Origin: Sedimentisphaerales bacterium
GTDB taxonomy: Bacteria > Planctomycetota > Phycisphaerae > Sedimentisphaerales > SM23-30
Length of the DNA stretch: 64,000 nucleotides
NCBI GenBank assembly: GCA_963666285.1
Contig: OY762711.1
Reading direction: 5' to 3' (one strand)
Translations under genes and position numbers: made by a program
In this document: positions 39,764 to 50,108 of the stretch, piece after piece
How positions within the stretch are numbered: position 1 is the first letter of the stretch
Layout: each line of letters opens with the position of its first letter
The notes under the pieces: model-generated
What the model was told of the DNA's origin: nothing
Seen by the model: the letters and a program-made list of their open reading frames with translations, nothing else
The model's database searches: none

Positions 39764-41190
39764 GTAAACTTTCGCATTTTTTATAGTGTATTTAAGCCGC
39801 TGGAGCCAGAGCATCCAGCAGAAACGTATATTTTTTATCATGAACGGCCGAATTACCGAACATATATTTAATTCTTTCACTCCAAAGTTCCCTTCGGAGG
39901 TCAGCGATAGCATCGGCGAAGCTCGGAGTCTCTTTGTGTTGATACCATGGCTGAACAAAGAAGTATTGTTCATTGGGTTTCTTGGTCAGATACCTCAACC
40001 AGACCATCGAGTACAGCCAGAGTCCAAGACCAGCGGCTCTTTCTGGTCCTTTGCCCTTATATGTCTGCAGCTGTTGAACACCGAGCAGCTGTTTAGTGTT
40101 CTTGAACGTATCTTCAATAGCCCAGCGATCGGCATAACAGGTCAAAACTTCCTCAGGCGCCATAGTAATATCTGTCGTAAAGAAAAAGTCATCTTTTTCC
40201 TTACCTTCAGGGTCTCTACATATAACAACAAGGATTGGTTTGCGAGTTACCTTATACCAGAGAGCAATACGAGTATAAACCAGCCTTTCAATAATCGTAC
40301 CTCTCTGACTAAACTCAACTGTTCTCCAATTTCTGATATGGGCAGCCATTTTTTCCAACTTAGCCAGTTTTTGCCCTCTACAGCGAGGTCTGCCACGGGT
40401 TTTCTCTTTAACTTTAGGCGGCAGCTCAAACAGATCGGCATTACGCCTGATTCGAGAGATAATGGTAACATTCTCAAGATTCTTTCCAGCCAGAGTAGCA
40501 TAAAACCCGTCTGCTACAAGCCTTATACGCCTGTTTGGAAGCCATTGGCATATTTCATTAATGATTTGTACCGCCAGTTCAATCAAGGATTCTTCTCCTT
40601 TGCGATGCAACCGCATATTGACCGGCAGTGCCAGAGGTTCGCCACCCCAAGATGGTTGAATTTGCAGACACGTTACTACCAAATTCAAACCCCAGGCATA
40701 TACTATTCTTTTCTTGGTAGAACGAACGGCATCTCTCCAGAATCCGGCTCCATGGACTTTTGGACCGCTTCGATGAAACAGGGTGTCGTCCATGGACAGA
40801 GTGATTGTTCCTTTGGGACAGAATCTTTGAACCATAATCAGGGTGAGCATCTTCCACATCCGGCTCAGAGACCAGCGGCAATCTGGAAAGAAACGATGAT
40901 ATGCATCGTGAGCTCGTTCGCCCAGCGGGTCTGCGTAGGGTATTATGCCTGTTATCGTGCGGCGAGTAGTGCACAATATCCAACCAATTACCACCCGGCA
41001 GAAGATTTGTGCCCCCGGCTCTGTAAAAATTGGAAAAAATTGTTGAATAAATTGCGTCCATGTCGAATAATATTGATAGTACATATCGGCCTCCGTGTCC
41101 TATTGTTATCAATCATTAAAGACATCGGATCGCCGATATTTTTTTGTTTATATTTTCAAATTTTAACCCTCAAAAAGTGCGAAAGTTTAC
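39764..41190 (-). mobile_element. Insertion sequence, IS701-like, 1427 bp
   Basis: Terminal IRs GTAAACTTTCGCA(T/C)TTTTT (18/19); 5-bp target duplication CTCTA at 39759-39763 and 41191-41195. Confidence 0.93.
39792..41084 (-). CDS. DDE transposase (IS701-like)
   Basis: MDDTLF, VADGFYA, YADRWAIEDTFKNTKQ. Confidence 0.9.
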   Translation of the reverse strand: MYYQYYSTWTQFIQQFFPIFTEPGAQIFCRVVIGWILCTTRRTITGIIPYADPLGERAHDAYHRFFPDCRWSLSRMWKMLTLIMVQRFCPKGTITLSMDDTLFHRSGPKVHGAGFWRDAVRSTKKRIVYAWGLNLVVTCLQIQPSWGGEPLALPVNMRLHRKGEESLIELAVQIINEICQWLPNRRIRLVADGFYATLAGKNLENVTIISRIRRNADLFELPPKVKEKTRGRPRCRGQKLAKLEKMAAHIRNWRTVEFSQRGTIIERLVYTRIALWYKVTRKPILVVICRDPEGKEKDDFFFTTDITMAPEEVLTCYADRWAIEDTFKNTKQLLGVQQLQTYKGKGPERAAGLGLWLYSMVWLRYLTKKPNEQYFFVQPWYQHKETPSFADAIADLRRELWSERIKYMFGNSAVHDKKYTFLLDALAPAA

Positions 41191-41793
41191 CTCTACAAAT
41201 ATTACAAAAATCCTGAGTTGCTTCATTGTCCGGCAGACAGAAGGTCTATGAAGGCTCCAACCAGCTCTAATGTAAACAGCGGTGTCGGGGGATATCGGAC
41301 CTATTCTTTTATTCACCATGTTGGCGGAGCTGTGTATAATAATTCTAACTGGCTGACACATGAAGGTTTATACAAAAAACACGCTCAGATCAGACATCCA
41401 AGTGAAAAGTTCGTAATGGTAGAAGAAAATGACAATCGCTGTATGAACCAGGGATCTTGGGTAATGGGACTTGCTCAAGGGACTTTAGTTGATCCCTTTG
41501 CCGTTTTTCATAATATGCGAAGTGATCTGGGTTTTGCCGATGGGCATATAGAGTCCATTGGATGGAAAGATAAAAGAACTGAAGAGCATTCACAGGCTAT
41601 CACTGACGGTACTGGTAGTTTTGCTGCCGGGCCATTTAATCCGATCAACGAGGATATTAATTGGCTGATACAGCATTATGCAAAACAAAAATAATTCAAA
41701 ATCTTAAAAATATGAAATATATAACTCAAAATGGCCGTTGTTTTTTTGAGGAAAGTGATTGACATCGTAGATAAGTATTTAAGGAAATTCATT

Positions 41794-43506
41794 ATGACAA
41801 AACAAATTAAAGCAACTGTTTTACCCGAAATTAAAAAGGCTACCCCTAAAATCCCTGTTATTGGCGTATTTGCACCATGCGACCCTCGTATAGATCAGGC
41901 CAGTCGCCAGCGGGCACTAAATATTATCGGACTGGTTGCTGATACTATCAGCGGACAGGTTTTACTGCCGGACAAAACTCCTATTCCTGTTGTCTATTCA
42001 TCAACCCTGATTGACAGCGAAGCTCAGGCTGATGTCGTTGCTCAGCAATTCCGTCAGGCCGGTGTCGATATACTTGTCTGTGCCCCGGACACCTGGGCTT
42101 TCCCTCAATTGACTACTATCTCGCTGCTTCAGCAGTTTCCTGACGATACTCCGTTAAACATTACCTGCGGTAACAGCGGGCCAAAACCAGGCGTTGTTTA
42201 CGCACACGCTCTCTCCGGTGCTATCAGCCAGTATGGCAAAATGGTTCACCTCAATGTAGGCAACTGGCCCGACACCGGCTTAAAACCGAAAATGAGCGAT
42301 GCTACTGCAACAGCTCTTATCGACTGGTGCTATGCCGCCGTTACCGCCAAAGCATTAAAAGGCCGCCGTGCTATGGTATTCGGACACGACTCAATGGGCA
42401 TGGAAACTGCACTCGCACATATTATCCCGACCCGTAATACTTTCGGGATCGAAATCACCAGGCTCGACATGAAACTGCTCGCCGATATGCTCAAAAAAGG
42501 GGCATACAACAAAAAAGAATTAAAAGAGCTGCGCAGCTGGATCGACAGCAATATCGGTAAACGGCTCGAAATCAAAACTGAAGCTGACAGCAATCGTTTC
42601 GATATGTCACTCGCTATGTACCTTATCAACCGGGATCTTATCGAAAACCTTAATGCAGTCGGCGGCGGATTTATGAGCCAGCTCGAATGGGGCAGCGATA
42701 GCCGGGGCCTGCCGCTGCCGGTTGCCGATGCCATGGAGTCACTATTTAATAGCTCTTTCGATCACAACGGGCCAAAAGCACCCCTACCGTTCGCTACCGA
42801 AGCTGATGTACAAGGTTTACTGACAATGCTGTTTATGACTTATCTTTCAGGCGGTAACCCTCCGCTATTTATGGACTTCCGAAAAGTATGGGAAGGATGG
42901 GAGGTCAAGGAGCTGGCAAAGAAAAACGGCATAAAAATCAATCCAAAAGCCGATTATATCGTCAAAGGCCTGGTCGACGGTGACAACTCAGGCAGTGCTT
43001 CCTTCGATTGGGCCGGCAAACCGGGCTCAACCATCAAGCAGTTAATGAGCAAAGTTACCATGCCGCTGGCTGACGATGGCTACTTCCCCGGCGGAGGCAA
43101 CAGCGTTACGTTTATGACACCTGCCGGTATCGAAGGGATCGCAGGACGACTGGCATACAGCGCACTTAACAATAAATTCAGTCTGTTCTGGGACGAAGCT
43201 AAAACTGTCTCTGTTCCTGCTAAGCTGGAAAATAAAATGGTCAACCTGACCAACTGGAACTGGCCGCACACTTTTGTTGTTCCTAAATATGCTACCATGG
43301 CCGAGTACAAACAGTATGCTCCTGCTAACCATTTCCATATGACCTGGAACCTGCCGGTTTCAAGGCTTCAATACTGGATGGACCTGACTGGTGTTATTAG
43401 CGCTGCTCCTTGGGCTGCCAGACCTGTCTTCGTAGAAGGTACTGACAGACCTCAGCCGCTTATTCACATCCTTAACGGCGGCGAAAATATGTACAAAAGT
43501 TTGTAA
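41794..43506 (+). CDS. fucI: L-fucose/D-arabinose isomerase family
   Basis: RPG-like PKPGVVY; metal-ligand motifs ATEAD, FMDFRKVW, ANH; WPHTF; next to fucP and fucU. Confidence 0.75.
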   Translation: MTKQIKATVLPEIKKATPKIPVIGVFAPCDPRIDQASRQRALNIIGLVADTISGQVLLPDKTPIPVVYSSTLIDSEAQADVVAQQFRQAGVDILVCAPDTWAFPQLTTISLLQQFPDDTPLNITCGNSGPKPGVVYAHALSGAISQYGKMVHLNVGNWPDTGLKPKMSDATATALIDWCYAAVTAKALKGRRAMVFGHDSMGMETALAHIIPTRNTFGIEITRLDMKLLADMLKKGAYNKKELKELRSWIDSNIGKRLEIKTEADSNRFDMSLAMYLINRDLIENLNAVGGGFMSQLEWGSDSRGLPLPVADAMESLFNSSFDHNGPKAPLPFATEADVQGLLTMLFMTYLSGGNPPLFMDFRKVWEGWEVKELAKKNGIKINPKADYIVKGLVDGDNSGSASFDWAGKPGSTIKQLMSKVTMPLADDGYFPGGGNSVTFMTPAGIEGIAGRLAYSALNNKFSLFWDEAKTVSVPAKLENKMVNLTNWNWPHTFVVPKYATMAEYKQYAPANHFHMTWNLPVSRLQYWMDLTGVISAAPWAARPVFVEGTDRPQPLIHILNGGENMYKSL

Positions 43507-43551
43507 TTCAGGCTTTATCTTTCAAAAATTAAATTTCTTAGAGATCAGATA

Positions 43552-45174
43552 ATGAAAAACAAAAGTGATTCTGTACCGGTTATACAGAGAAAAATGCTGT
43601 TATCATTTATACTCGTAACAGCACTTTTCTCACTTTGGGGGTTTGCTAACGATGTTACTAACCCACTAGTAAAAGCATTTAAAGATGTCTTTGTCATCAG
43701 TAATACTCAAAGCAGCTTCGTCCAGATGGCTTTTTACGGTGGTTATGCCACTATGGCTCTACCGGCCGCTATTTTCATCAGGAAATATAGTTACAAAGCC
43801 GGTATCCTGGTAGGACTTTCGCTCTATGCCATCGGTGCCCTTATGTCTATCCCGGCGGCATATATGCTAAGCTTTAACCTGTTCCTGGTAGCTCTGTATA
43901 TCCTTACCTTTGGACTGGCTTTTCTGGAAACAACAGCAAATCCATATATCCTCTCTATGGGTGATGAAAAAACCGCTACCCAGCGACTCAACCTGGCACA
44001 GGCTTTCAATCCAATTGGCTCACTTACCGGTATGACTGTTGCTATTTTTGCCATCCTTGGCAACTTAAACGTTCAGGATTTTCGTAACGATGTTGCACAG
44101 TACAGGTCAGAATTATCTGCACAGACCAATGCTGTTACAGTTGATGAAAGTCAGAAAAATGGCGGTACCGTCGATAATCTTATGAAATTCCTTAATATGG
44201 ACCAGGACGACGACTTGCCGGTCGACGAAAACCTGCTCGCTTACCTTAACACCTGGCAGGAAGGCAGAAATGCTCCGCTTACCAAAGATAAACTGGAAAA
44301 AGTTAAAACTGGAGAACTGACTATCGATCCGGAAACTGCTTCTCTCGCTGATTTATCTTACGACAGCGTACTGACCCAGGCATTGGCAGACTATAAAGAT
44401 GGAAAAATTGAAAGCTTCCGGGGCTTATCTCATTCGCAGCTCCAGTCAGAAGACTTGAAAATTGTCCGAGCTCCGTATGTTGCCATTGGTATTGTCGTAC
44501 TGGCATTCCTGTTTCTATTTATTATTTCAAAAATGCCTGATACAAGTAATCATGAAAAAAATCTGCACATTATGGAAACTTTCAAATACCTGTTCCATAA
44601 TAAAAGGTATCTTGAAGGTGTTATTGCTCAAACTTTTTATGTTGGCGCTCAAATTATGTGCTGGACTTTCATTATTCATTACGCAACTGACTTACTGGGT
44701 TTCAGCCTGGCAAAAGCACAGGCATATAATGTCATTGCCATGATCATTTTCTGCTCCAGCCGATTCATATGCACCTTTATGCTTAAATACATCAGCCCGG
44801 GTCGCCTGCTCATGACTTTGGCAATTGGAGCAATGACTTTAACCCTTGGCACAATTTTTCTTCAGGGTATGCCTGGTCTCTATTGCCTGGTGGGCATCTC
44901 GGCTTGTATGTCGCTTATGTTCCCAACCATTTACGGTATAGCTCTTGACGGCATGGGCGAAGAAGCAAAAATTGCGTCTGCAGGACTAATCTTTGCTATT
45001 GTTGGCGGATGCCTTATGCCGCCGCTGCAAGGACGAATTATTGATATGGGAAATATTGGCAGCCTGGAAGGTGTAAGGATATCATTTATCCTGCCGTTTA
45101 TTTGTTTTGTTGTCATCGCTATTTACGGTTTCAGAACATTTGCTGTCCACCATCCGCGTTCTGAAGATATCTAA
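43552..45174 (+). CDS. fucP: L-fucose:H+ symporter (MFS) with a long hydrophilic insertion
   Basis: LFSLWGFA, AFLETTANPY, RLNLAQAFNP, YVGAQI, SLMFPTIY. Confidence 0.88.
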   Translation: MKNKSDSVPVIQRKMLLSFILVTALFSLWGFANDVTNPLVKAFKDVFVISNTQSSFVQMAFYGGYATMALPAAIFIRKYSYKAGILVGLSLYAIGALMSIPAAYMLSFNLFLVALYILTFGLAFLETTANPYILSMGDEKTATQRLNLAQAFNPIGSLTGMTVAIFAILGNLNVQDFRNDVAQYRSELSAQTNAVTVDESQKNGGTVDNLMKFLNMDQDDDLPVDENLLAYLNTWQEGRNAPLTKDKLEKVKTGELTIDPETASLADLSYDSVLTQALADYKDGKIESFRGLSHSQLQSEDLKIVRAPYVAIGIVVLAFLFLFIISKMPDTSNHEKNLHIMETFKYLFHNKRYLEGVIAQTFYVGAQIMCWTFIIHYATDLLGFSLAKAQAYNVIAMIIFCSSRFICTFMLKYISPGRLLMTLAIGAMTLTLGTIFLQGMPGLYCLVGISACMSLMFPTIYGIALDGMGEEAKIASAGLIFAIVGGCLMPPLQGRIIDMGNIGSLEGVRISFILPFICFVVIAIYGFRTFAVHHPRSEDI

Positions 45175-45185
45175 GGAAAATTTAT

Positions 45186-45623
45186 ATGCTAAAAAATATA
45201 CCATCAATACTCAGCCCGGAGCTGTTAAAAATTCTAATGGAGATGGGCCACGGCGATGAAATTGTCATCGCAGACGGCAACTTCCCCGGCGCCTCGATCG
45301 CTCAAAGACTCATACGTGCCGACGGCCATGGCGTACCGGCAATACTGGAAGCTGTATTAAAACTGTACCCGCTCGATATATACGTCGGCAAACCATGCGC
45401 ACTTATGGAAGTAGTACCCGGCGATAAGGTTGAAACACCTATCTGGGACCAATACGACAAAATCATACAAGCAAGCGGCGAAAAATTTGAAAACGGTTTC
45501 GATATGGTAGAACGTTTCGCATTCTACGAAAGGGCTAAAAATGCCTATGCCGTTATTATGACCGGCGAAACCGCGTTATACGCTAATATCATCCTCAAAA
45601 AAGGAGTTGTTGTAGAAAAATAG
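45186..45623 (+). CDS. fucU: L-fucose mutarotase (RbsD/FucU family)
   Basis: MGHGDEIVIADGNFP, ERFAFYERAK, TGETALYANIILKKGV. Confidence 0.9.
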   Translation: MLKNIPSILSPELLKILMEMGHGDEIVIADGNFPGASIAQRLIRADGHGVPAILEAVLKLYPLDIYVGKPCALMEVVPGDKVETPIWDQYDKIIQASGEKFENGFDMVERFAFYERAKNAYAVIMTGETALYANIILKKGVVVEK

Positions 45624-45944
45624 TTTGCCCCACTGCAGCAAACCTTCCCCGATATCTATATTACAACCAGATCATCCCTCTTATTACTTATATACTGTCG
45701 TGTTTCCATGCATGACAGTATATTTTTTATCTTTCTATCAGTTAACTTTCGTTGTTTTGAAGTAGCACATATCGCCTAAAAGGCCATTCCTGCAACATTT
45801 TGAATTTAAACAAAATGTGAGACGATAGCGAATTATTCCTGATGTCAACGTACATCGGGACACCTTAAATTTTCACTATTCACTATTCATTTTTAACTTA
45901 ATTGGCCCTGTTCCGACCTTTGCGTATAGTGTTGAACAGTTAAA

Positions 45945-46030
45945 ATTGCCAGTTCGAGCGTGGTATAAGTGACTACATTACCATCACTTACCTTGAGAGC
46001 GATCAGACAAAATCATACACTGTGTGTATA
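45945..46030. repeat. 86-bp intergenic direct repeat; second copy at 55235-55320
   Basis: 73/86 identical without gaps, including the exact core GAGCGATCAGACAAAATCATACACT. Confidence 0.85.
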
Positions 46031-46065
46031 GAATTTCAAATCAACACCGCAAGACAGCAATACAA

Positions 46066-46956
46066 CTACCTTATTCTTCTACGTATTATACCCACTATAC
46101 TAGTACCAAAACCTGCCAACAAAACTGCTCCTGGAGTAGGCACTGTTGTAACTGTAGAGATAGCAACGACACGTAAACCGATATATTTGGATTCATCATT
46201 CAGGAGTCCGATTGTATGAGTATTCGATGATCTGATCCTATTTTCATCGCCTAAGTAGCTCCCGCCAAAAATTAAGCGACATGATAGCATTTCCGTCTCG
46301 CTCCATTCCCAAAGATTACCCATAATATCAAATGTTCCATTCTGCTCTTCAACACCAGAACCAACTATCCAAGGCCGGCCCACACTTCCCGCATAGTTTG
46401 AATCTACGCCAGGAACTGGTGCGGTATTTGTTCTATTGGCATATAAAGAGTATCCGTTGCCATCCGGAGTATAAAATGCCGCTTTGTACCATTCATCAGC
46501 TGTAGGAAGTACATAGGCGATTTCGTAAGCTAAAATGGCTGATTCTCGATTAGTACCCGTAAAATTACCACTTGTATCAAATTTATAAGCACCGGAATAC
46601 TTATCACCACTTGTAAGATAATTACAAAATTGAGCAGCCTCGTACCAGCTTACAAAACCGACAGGATGATGATTTGGACGAGCCCCCAAAAAAACTTCAT
46701 CATAACCATCACCCGGATTACCAGTTGGTGCTCCTGCGGCTGAAACAAAAGCATCCCACTGACCATTAGTAACCTCATACTTGCCAATCTGATACTCATA
46801 ACCAACCGCACCATAACCATTTACATTAGCAGCATTTCCAGCATTTCCTATAGTTACAAAATCAAAATCAATACCCTGCACACTTACCGTTGTGCCTGCT
46901 GATGCAATACCGGAAAACACACAAACACTTAAAACCAAAACCAATAGCTTTCTCAT
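46066..46956 (-). CDS. Formylglycine-generating-enzyme (SUMF1/FGE-sulfatase) fold surface protein with PEP-CTERM-like tail
   Basis: IGKYEVTN, VSWYEAAQFCN, LPTADEWYKAA, GNLWEW, IGLRV; tail VPTPGAVLLAGFGTSIVGIIRRRIR. Confidence 0.85.
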   Translation of the reverse strand: MRKLLVLVLSVCVFSGIASAGTTVSVQGIDFDFVTIGNAGNAANVNGYGAVGYEYQIGKYEVTNGQWDAFVSAAGAPTGNPGDGYDEVFLGARPNHHPVGFVSWYEAAQFCNYLTSGDKYSGAYKFDTSGNFTGTNRESAILAYEIAYVLPTADEWYKAAFYTPDGNGYSLYANRTNTAPVPGVDSNYAGSVGRPWIVGSGVEEQNGTFDIMGNLWEWSETEMLSCRLIFGGSYLGDENRIRSSNTHTIGLLNDESKYIGLRVVAISTVTTVPTPGAVLLAGFGTSIVGIIRRRIR

Positions 46957-47324
46957 TTCCCATTCCTTTCAAACATAATATACAAATATGTTAATCTCTA
47001 TAAAAGGGATCAAGTAATTATCCCGATGATATATGGATTATACTAATTTTCACTTATATATCATAACAAAAACATGTCAAATTCAGTTTAGTGATTTATT
47101 TTACCTAAATTAACTTTCTGTAATTTCTATATCACTTTACATGAGAATTTAACGAATGACTAAATGCATACCATTTTCCCTTGCCCAAAACGCCGTATTC
47201 GCTTATCATATTCCCTTTAAACAAGACAGATACCATTGAAAATAAAAGACTTAAGACAGCTCTAAAATTTACTTTCAATCGAGAACGACATTTTTTAGAA
47301 ATTGCTTATGGAGGAGCGACAACT

Positions 47325-49607
47325 TTGCAGGATATTCTCAAAAATCTTACCGAACCGCAACGGCAAGCTGTAACACATATAGAAGGACCGGTTCTGGTTC
47401 TCGCCGGACCCGGCTCCGGCAAAACACGCGTTATTGTCAACCGCGTCGCATATATGGTCCGCCACTGCAATATCGCACCCTGGAATATCCTCGCTATCAC
47501 ATTCACCAACAAAGCGGCCAACGAAATGAAACATCGTCTCGAAGCGATGGGCATCAACCGCGGCGCTACCGTTTGCACGTTCCACTCGCTCGCCGTCAGA
47601 CTGCTGCGTGAGTTCAGCTCGCTCGCAGAGCTGCCGCCGCAGTTCAGTATCTACGACGATTCCGACCAGCAGGCAGCTGTCAAGGAAGCCATGAAACAGC
47701 TTGAGGTCGACCCCAAGCAATATCCGCCCAGGTCATTACTCGCGCGTATCAGCAATTGCAAAAACGATCTGAAAATGCCGGACGATGTCGCACTCACAAA
47801 CGACTTCGACCTGCGTACCAAGGTATTCAAACGAGTATATGCCCTCTACCAGGAGATCCTGCAAAAAAACGGGGCCGTCGACTTTGACGACCTGCTCGTT
47901 AAACTCGCTTTCATGCTGCGCGACAACCCGGAAACACTGCTCACGTTAAACGAACGATATAAATACATACTCGTCGATGAATATCAGGACACCAACTCAT
48001 GCCAGTATCAGATTGCCCGCGGGCTCAGCCTCCATCATGGCAACCTGTTCGTATCTGGCGACCCGGACCAGTCTATCTACGCCTGGCGCGGTGCCGATAT
48101 CCAGAACATCCTTGCTTTCGAACAGGATTACCCCGAGGCAACTGTTATTCGACTGGAGGAAAACTTCCGCTCCGCACCTGAGGTACTCACTCTCGCAGAT
48201 GAGGTCATCAGCAAAAACAAAAAGCGGAAAGCAAAAAAACTCTTCACTACCAACCCATCCGGACCGATGCCGGCCCTGTACGACTACTATAACGAGTACG
48301 AAGAAGCCGACGGGCTCGCTGACTGGATTAAGCAAGTTGTAGAAGAAGGTAAACAGTACAAAGATATCGCGGTTTTCTACCGGATAAACTCTATGAGCCG
48401 TGTTCTCGAACAATCGCTCCGCAAAGCCCAAATACCATACCAGATCGTCCGCGGAGTAGAGTTCTTCAAACGCAAAGAGATCAAAGACATACTCTCATAC
48501 CTCCAATTACTGGTCAACCCCGCCGACCAGGTCGCTCTCCAGCGCATTATCAACCGCCCCACCCGCGGCATTGGCAATACCTCGGTTGACAGGCTCATCC
48601 AGCACTCAATCGAACAAGGCATGGACCTATGGAGCGTCATACAGAACGTCGAACAGGTCGAAACCATCAACGCCGGTGCCAAGGCCAAGGTCAAGCGTTT
48701 TGCCGACCTGATTATCAACCTGCAAAAAGAACTCGAAACGATGAATATCGAAGATATCATCCGCACCACATACAAGGCTACCGGACTGGAAGCTCAGCAC
48801 GAAACTGATGAAGATGAAAATGCTATCGAGAACGTTACCGAACTGGTAAACTCAGCGACCCAGTTCACCTCTGAAGCTGAAGATGAAAATTACGGACTGA
48901 ACGACTTCCTCCAGCAGATATCACTGGTCGGCGATGCCGACGCCTACGATGAAGAGGCCGGCGTCGTCTCGCTTATGAGCCTGCATGCCGCCAAAGGACT
49001 GGAGTTCCCCGCCGTTCGTATTGTCGGTATCGAGGAAAACATTCTGCCTCACAGCCGCTGCATCGACGATCCCGACGGCATGGAAGAGGAACGAAGACTG
49101 CTTTTTGTCGGCATAACTCGCGCCGAACAAATGCTAACTCTCAGTATGGCTCATAACCGCACCCAGAACGGCATGTCTAATGCTACTATCCAGTCCCGGT
49201 TCCTGCGAGACCTAGAAAACATCGAACGAAGCTCGTCCATGAGCGACGAAACCAAAAACATGTGGCAGCAGCAAGTAGGCTACAGCAAACAGTCCTTTGG
49301 CTCCAGATCAACCGGTAAATCCGCCGGCTCGGGCGGCGGCTGGAAAAAAGCTGCTCCTGCCCAGTCCGGCTATTCCAGACCGGCCGCAAAACCTGAGCCA
49401 ACCCCAAGCTACGCTGACAGCGACGGCATAACTTACGAATATGAGGAAAGCTACCTCCGCGAAGGTCAAAACGTTCGACACGGCTCGTTCGGCATCGGCA
49501 AGATCGAAAAACTCATACCAGGCGGCAGCCCCAAGGTCGTTGTCAACTTCCAACGCGTCGGAAGAAAAACTCTTGTGCTAGAATACGCCAAACTTCAGGC
49601 TTTGTAA
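47325..49607 (+). CDS. UvrD/PcrA superfamily 1 DNA helicase
   Basis: AGPGSGKT, ITFTNKAA, VDEYQD, GDPDQSIY, HAAKGLEF, EERRLLFVGITRA, C-terminal Tudor-like domain. Start TTG 47325 after GGAGGAG. Confidence 0.95.
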   Translation: MQDILKNLTEPQRQAVTHIEGPVLVLAGPGSGKTRVIVNRVAYMVRHCNIAPWNILAITFTNKAANEMKHRLEAMGINRGATVCTFHSLAVRLLREFSSLAELPPQFSIYDDSDQQAAVKEAMKQLEVDPKQYPPRSLLARISNCKNDLKMPDDVALTNDFDLRTKVFKRVYALYQEILQKNGAVDFDDLLVKLAFMLRDNPETLLTLNERYKYILVDEYQDTNSCQYQIARGLSLHHGNLFVSGDPDQSIYAWRGADIQNILAFEQDYPEATVIRLEENFRSAPEVLTLADEVISKNKKRKAKKLFTTNPSGPMPALYDYYNEYEEADGLADWIKQVVEEGKQYKDIAVFYRINSMSRVLEQSLRKAQIPYQIVRGVEFFKRKEIKDILSYLQLLVNPADQVALQRIINRPTRGIGNTSVDRLIQHSIEQGMDLWSVIQNVEQVETINAGAKAKVKRFADLIINLQKELETMNIEDIIRTTYKATGLEAQHETDEDENAIENVTELVNSATQFTSEAEDENYGLNDFLQQISLVGDADAYDEEAGVVSLMSLHAAKGLEFPAVRIVGIEENILPHSRCIDDPDGMEEERRLLFVGITRAEQMLTLSMAHNRTQNGMSNATIQSRFLRDLENIERSSSMSDETKNMWQQQVGYSKQSFGSRSTGKSAGSGGGWKKAAPAQSGYSRPAAKPEPTPSYADSDGITYEYEESYLREGQNVRHGSFGIGKIEKLIPGGSPKVVVNFQRVGRKTLVLEYAKLQAL

Positions 49608-49708
49608 TACGTTGAACACAAGCCTGCCAGTTAAGAATACAGAATTTTATTCCTTAACGAGAAATATGTTTATGAAAACTATTGATCTCTATTTTTTTTG
49701 AGAGCATA

Positions 49709-49963
49709 ATGATGAAATATGCAATTATTTCTGTAACATCCAATAGCCTTTGCGGTGGAATTAGTTTCCTCATAATAGCATGTTTGTCATATTTTTTTTC
49801 TTCTCGACGTGATTTATTTATAAGGATTTTTGTAAGGGACAAATCTGAACTTGCTCATTATAATAAAAACTTGCCAAATGAAACCGATTTCAAGAGAGTA
49901 CTTCGTTTGTTTGCAATAGTAGAAATTATCATTGCTGCAATTATTGTTATTATAGGAAAATAG
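49709..49963 (+). CDS. Small hypothetical membrane protein
   Basis: Two hydrophobic segments; fills an AT-rich gap; start uncertain. Confidence 0.4.
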   Translation: MMKYAIISVTSNSLCGGISFLIIACLSYFFSSRRDLFIRIFVRDKSELAHYNKNLPNETDFKRVLRLFAIVEIIIAAIIVIIGK

Positions 49964-50023
49964 ATCTTCCTGCTGGAAACGACGAGCCACAGCTTGGCAC
50001 ATTTAAACTAGAATTGCGAAGCA

Positions 50024-50062
50024 AAACCTTCCCTAATACCTGGTACCTAATACCTAATACCT
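50024..50062. repeat. Partial composite intergenic repeat (CTAATAC heptamers)
   Basis: AACCTTCC-CTAATAC-CTGGTAC-CTAATAC-CTAATAC, matching 60379-60410. Confidence 0.7.
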
Positions 50063-50108
50063 TTCACAAGCTAACTTCCCCAACCCGGGCATCCATTAAT
50101 CAAAAATA

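Larger units (their letters stand above)
39402..41694 (+). pseudogene. Prepilin-type N-methylation / H-X9-DG pseudopilin gene interrupted by an IS
   Basis: [25 protein letters not shown] at the 5' end. Removing the IS and one CTCTA restores the frame GALYKYYKNPELLHCPADR...HNMRSDLGFADGH (about 286 aa). Confidence 0.92.

Noticed and set aside
39786..41216. 476-aa plus-strand ORF as a gene
   Set aside because: Antisense to a clear DDE transposase and has no recognisable motifs; kept only as a finding. The same applies to 60453-62039(-).
45945..46030. Integron attC site
   Set aside because: No RYYYAAC..GTTRRRY boundaries with internal dyad symmetry, and no integron integrase or cassette array.
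47181..47324. N-terminal extension of the helicase
   Set aside because: A strong GGAGGAG RBS precedes TTG 47325, where helicase homology begins.
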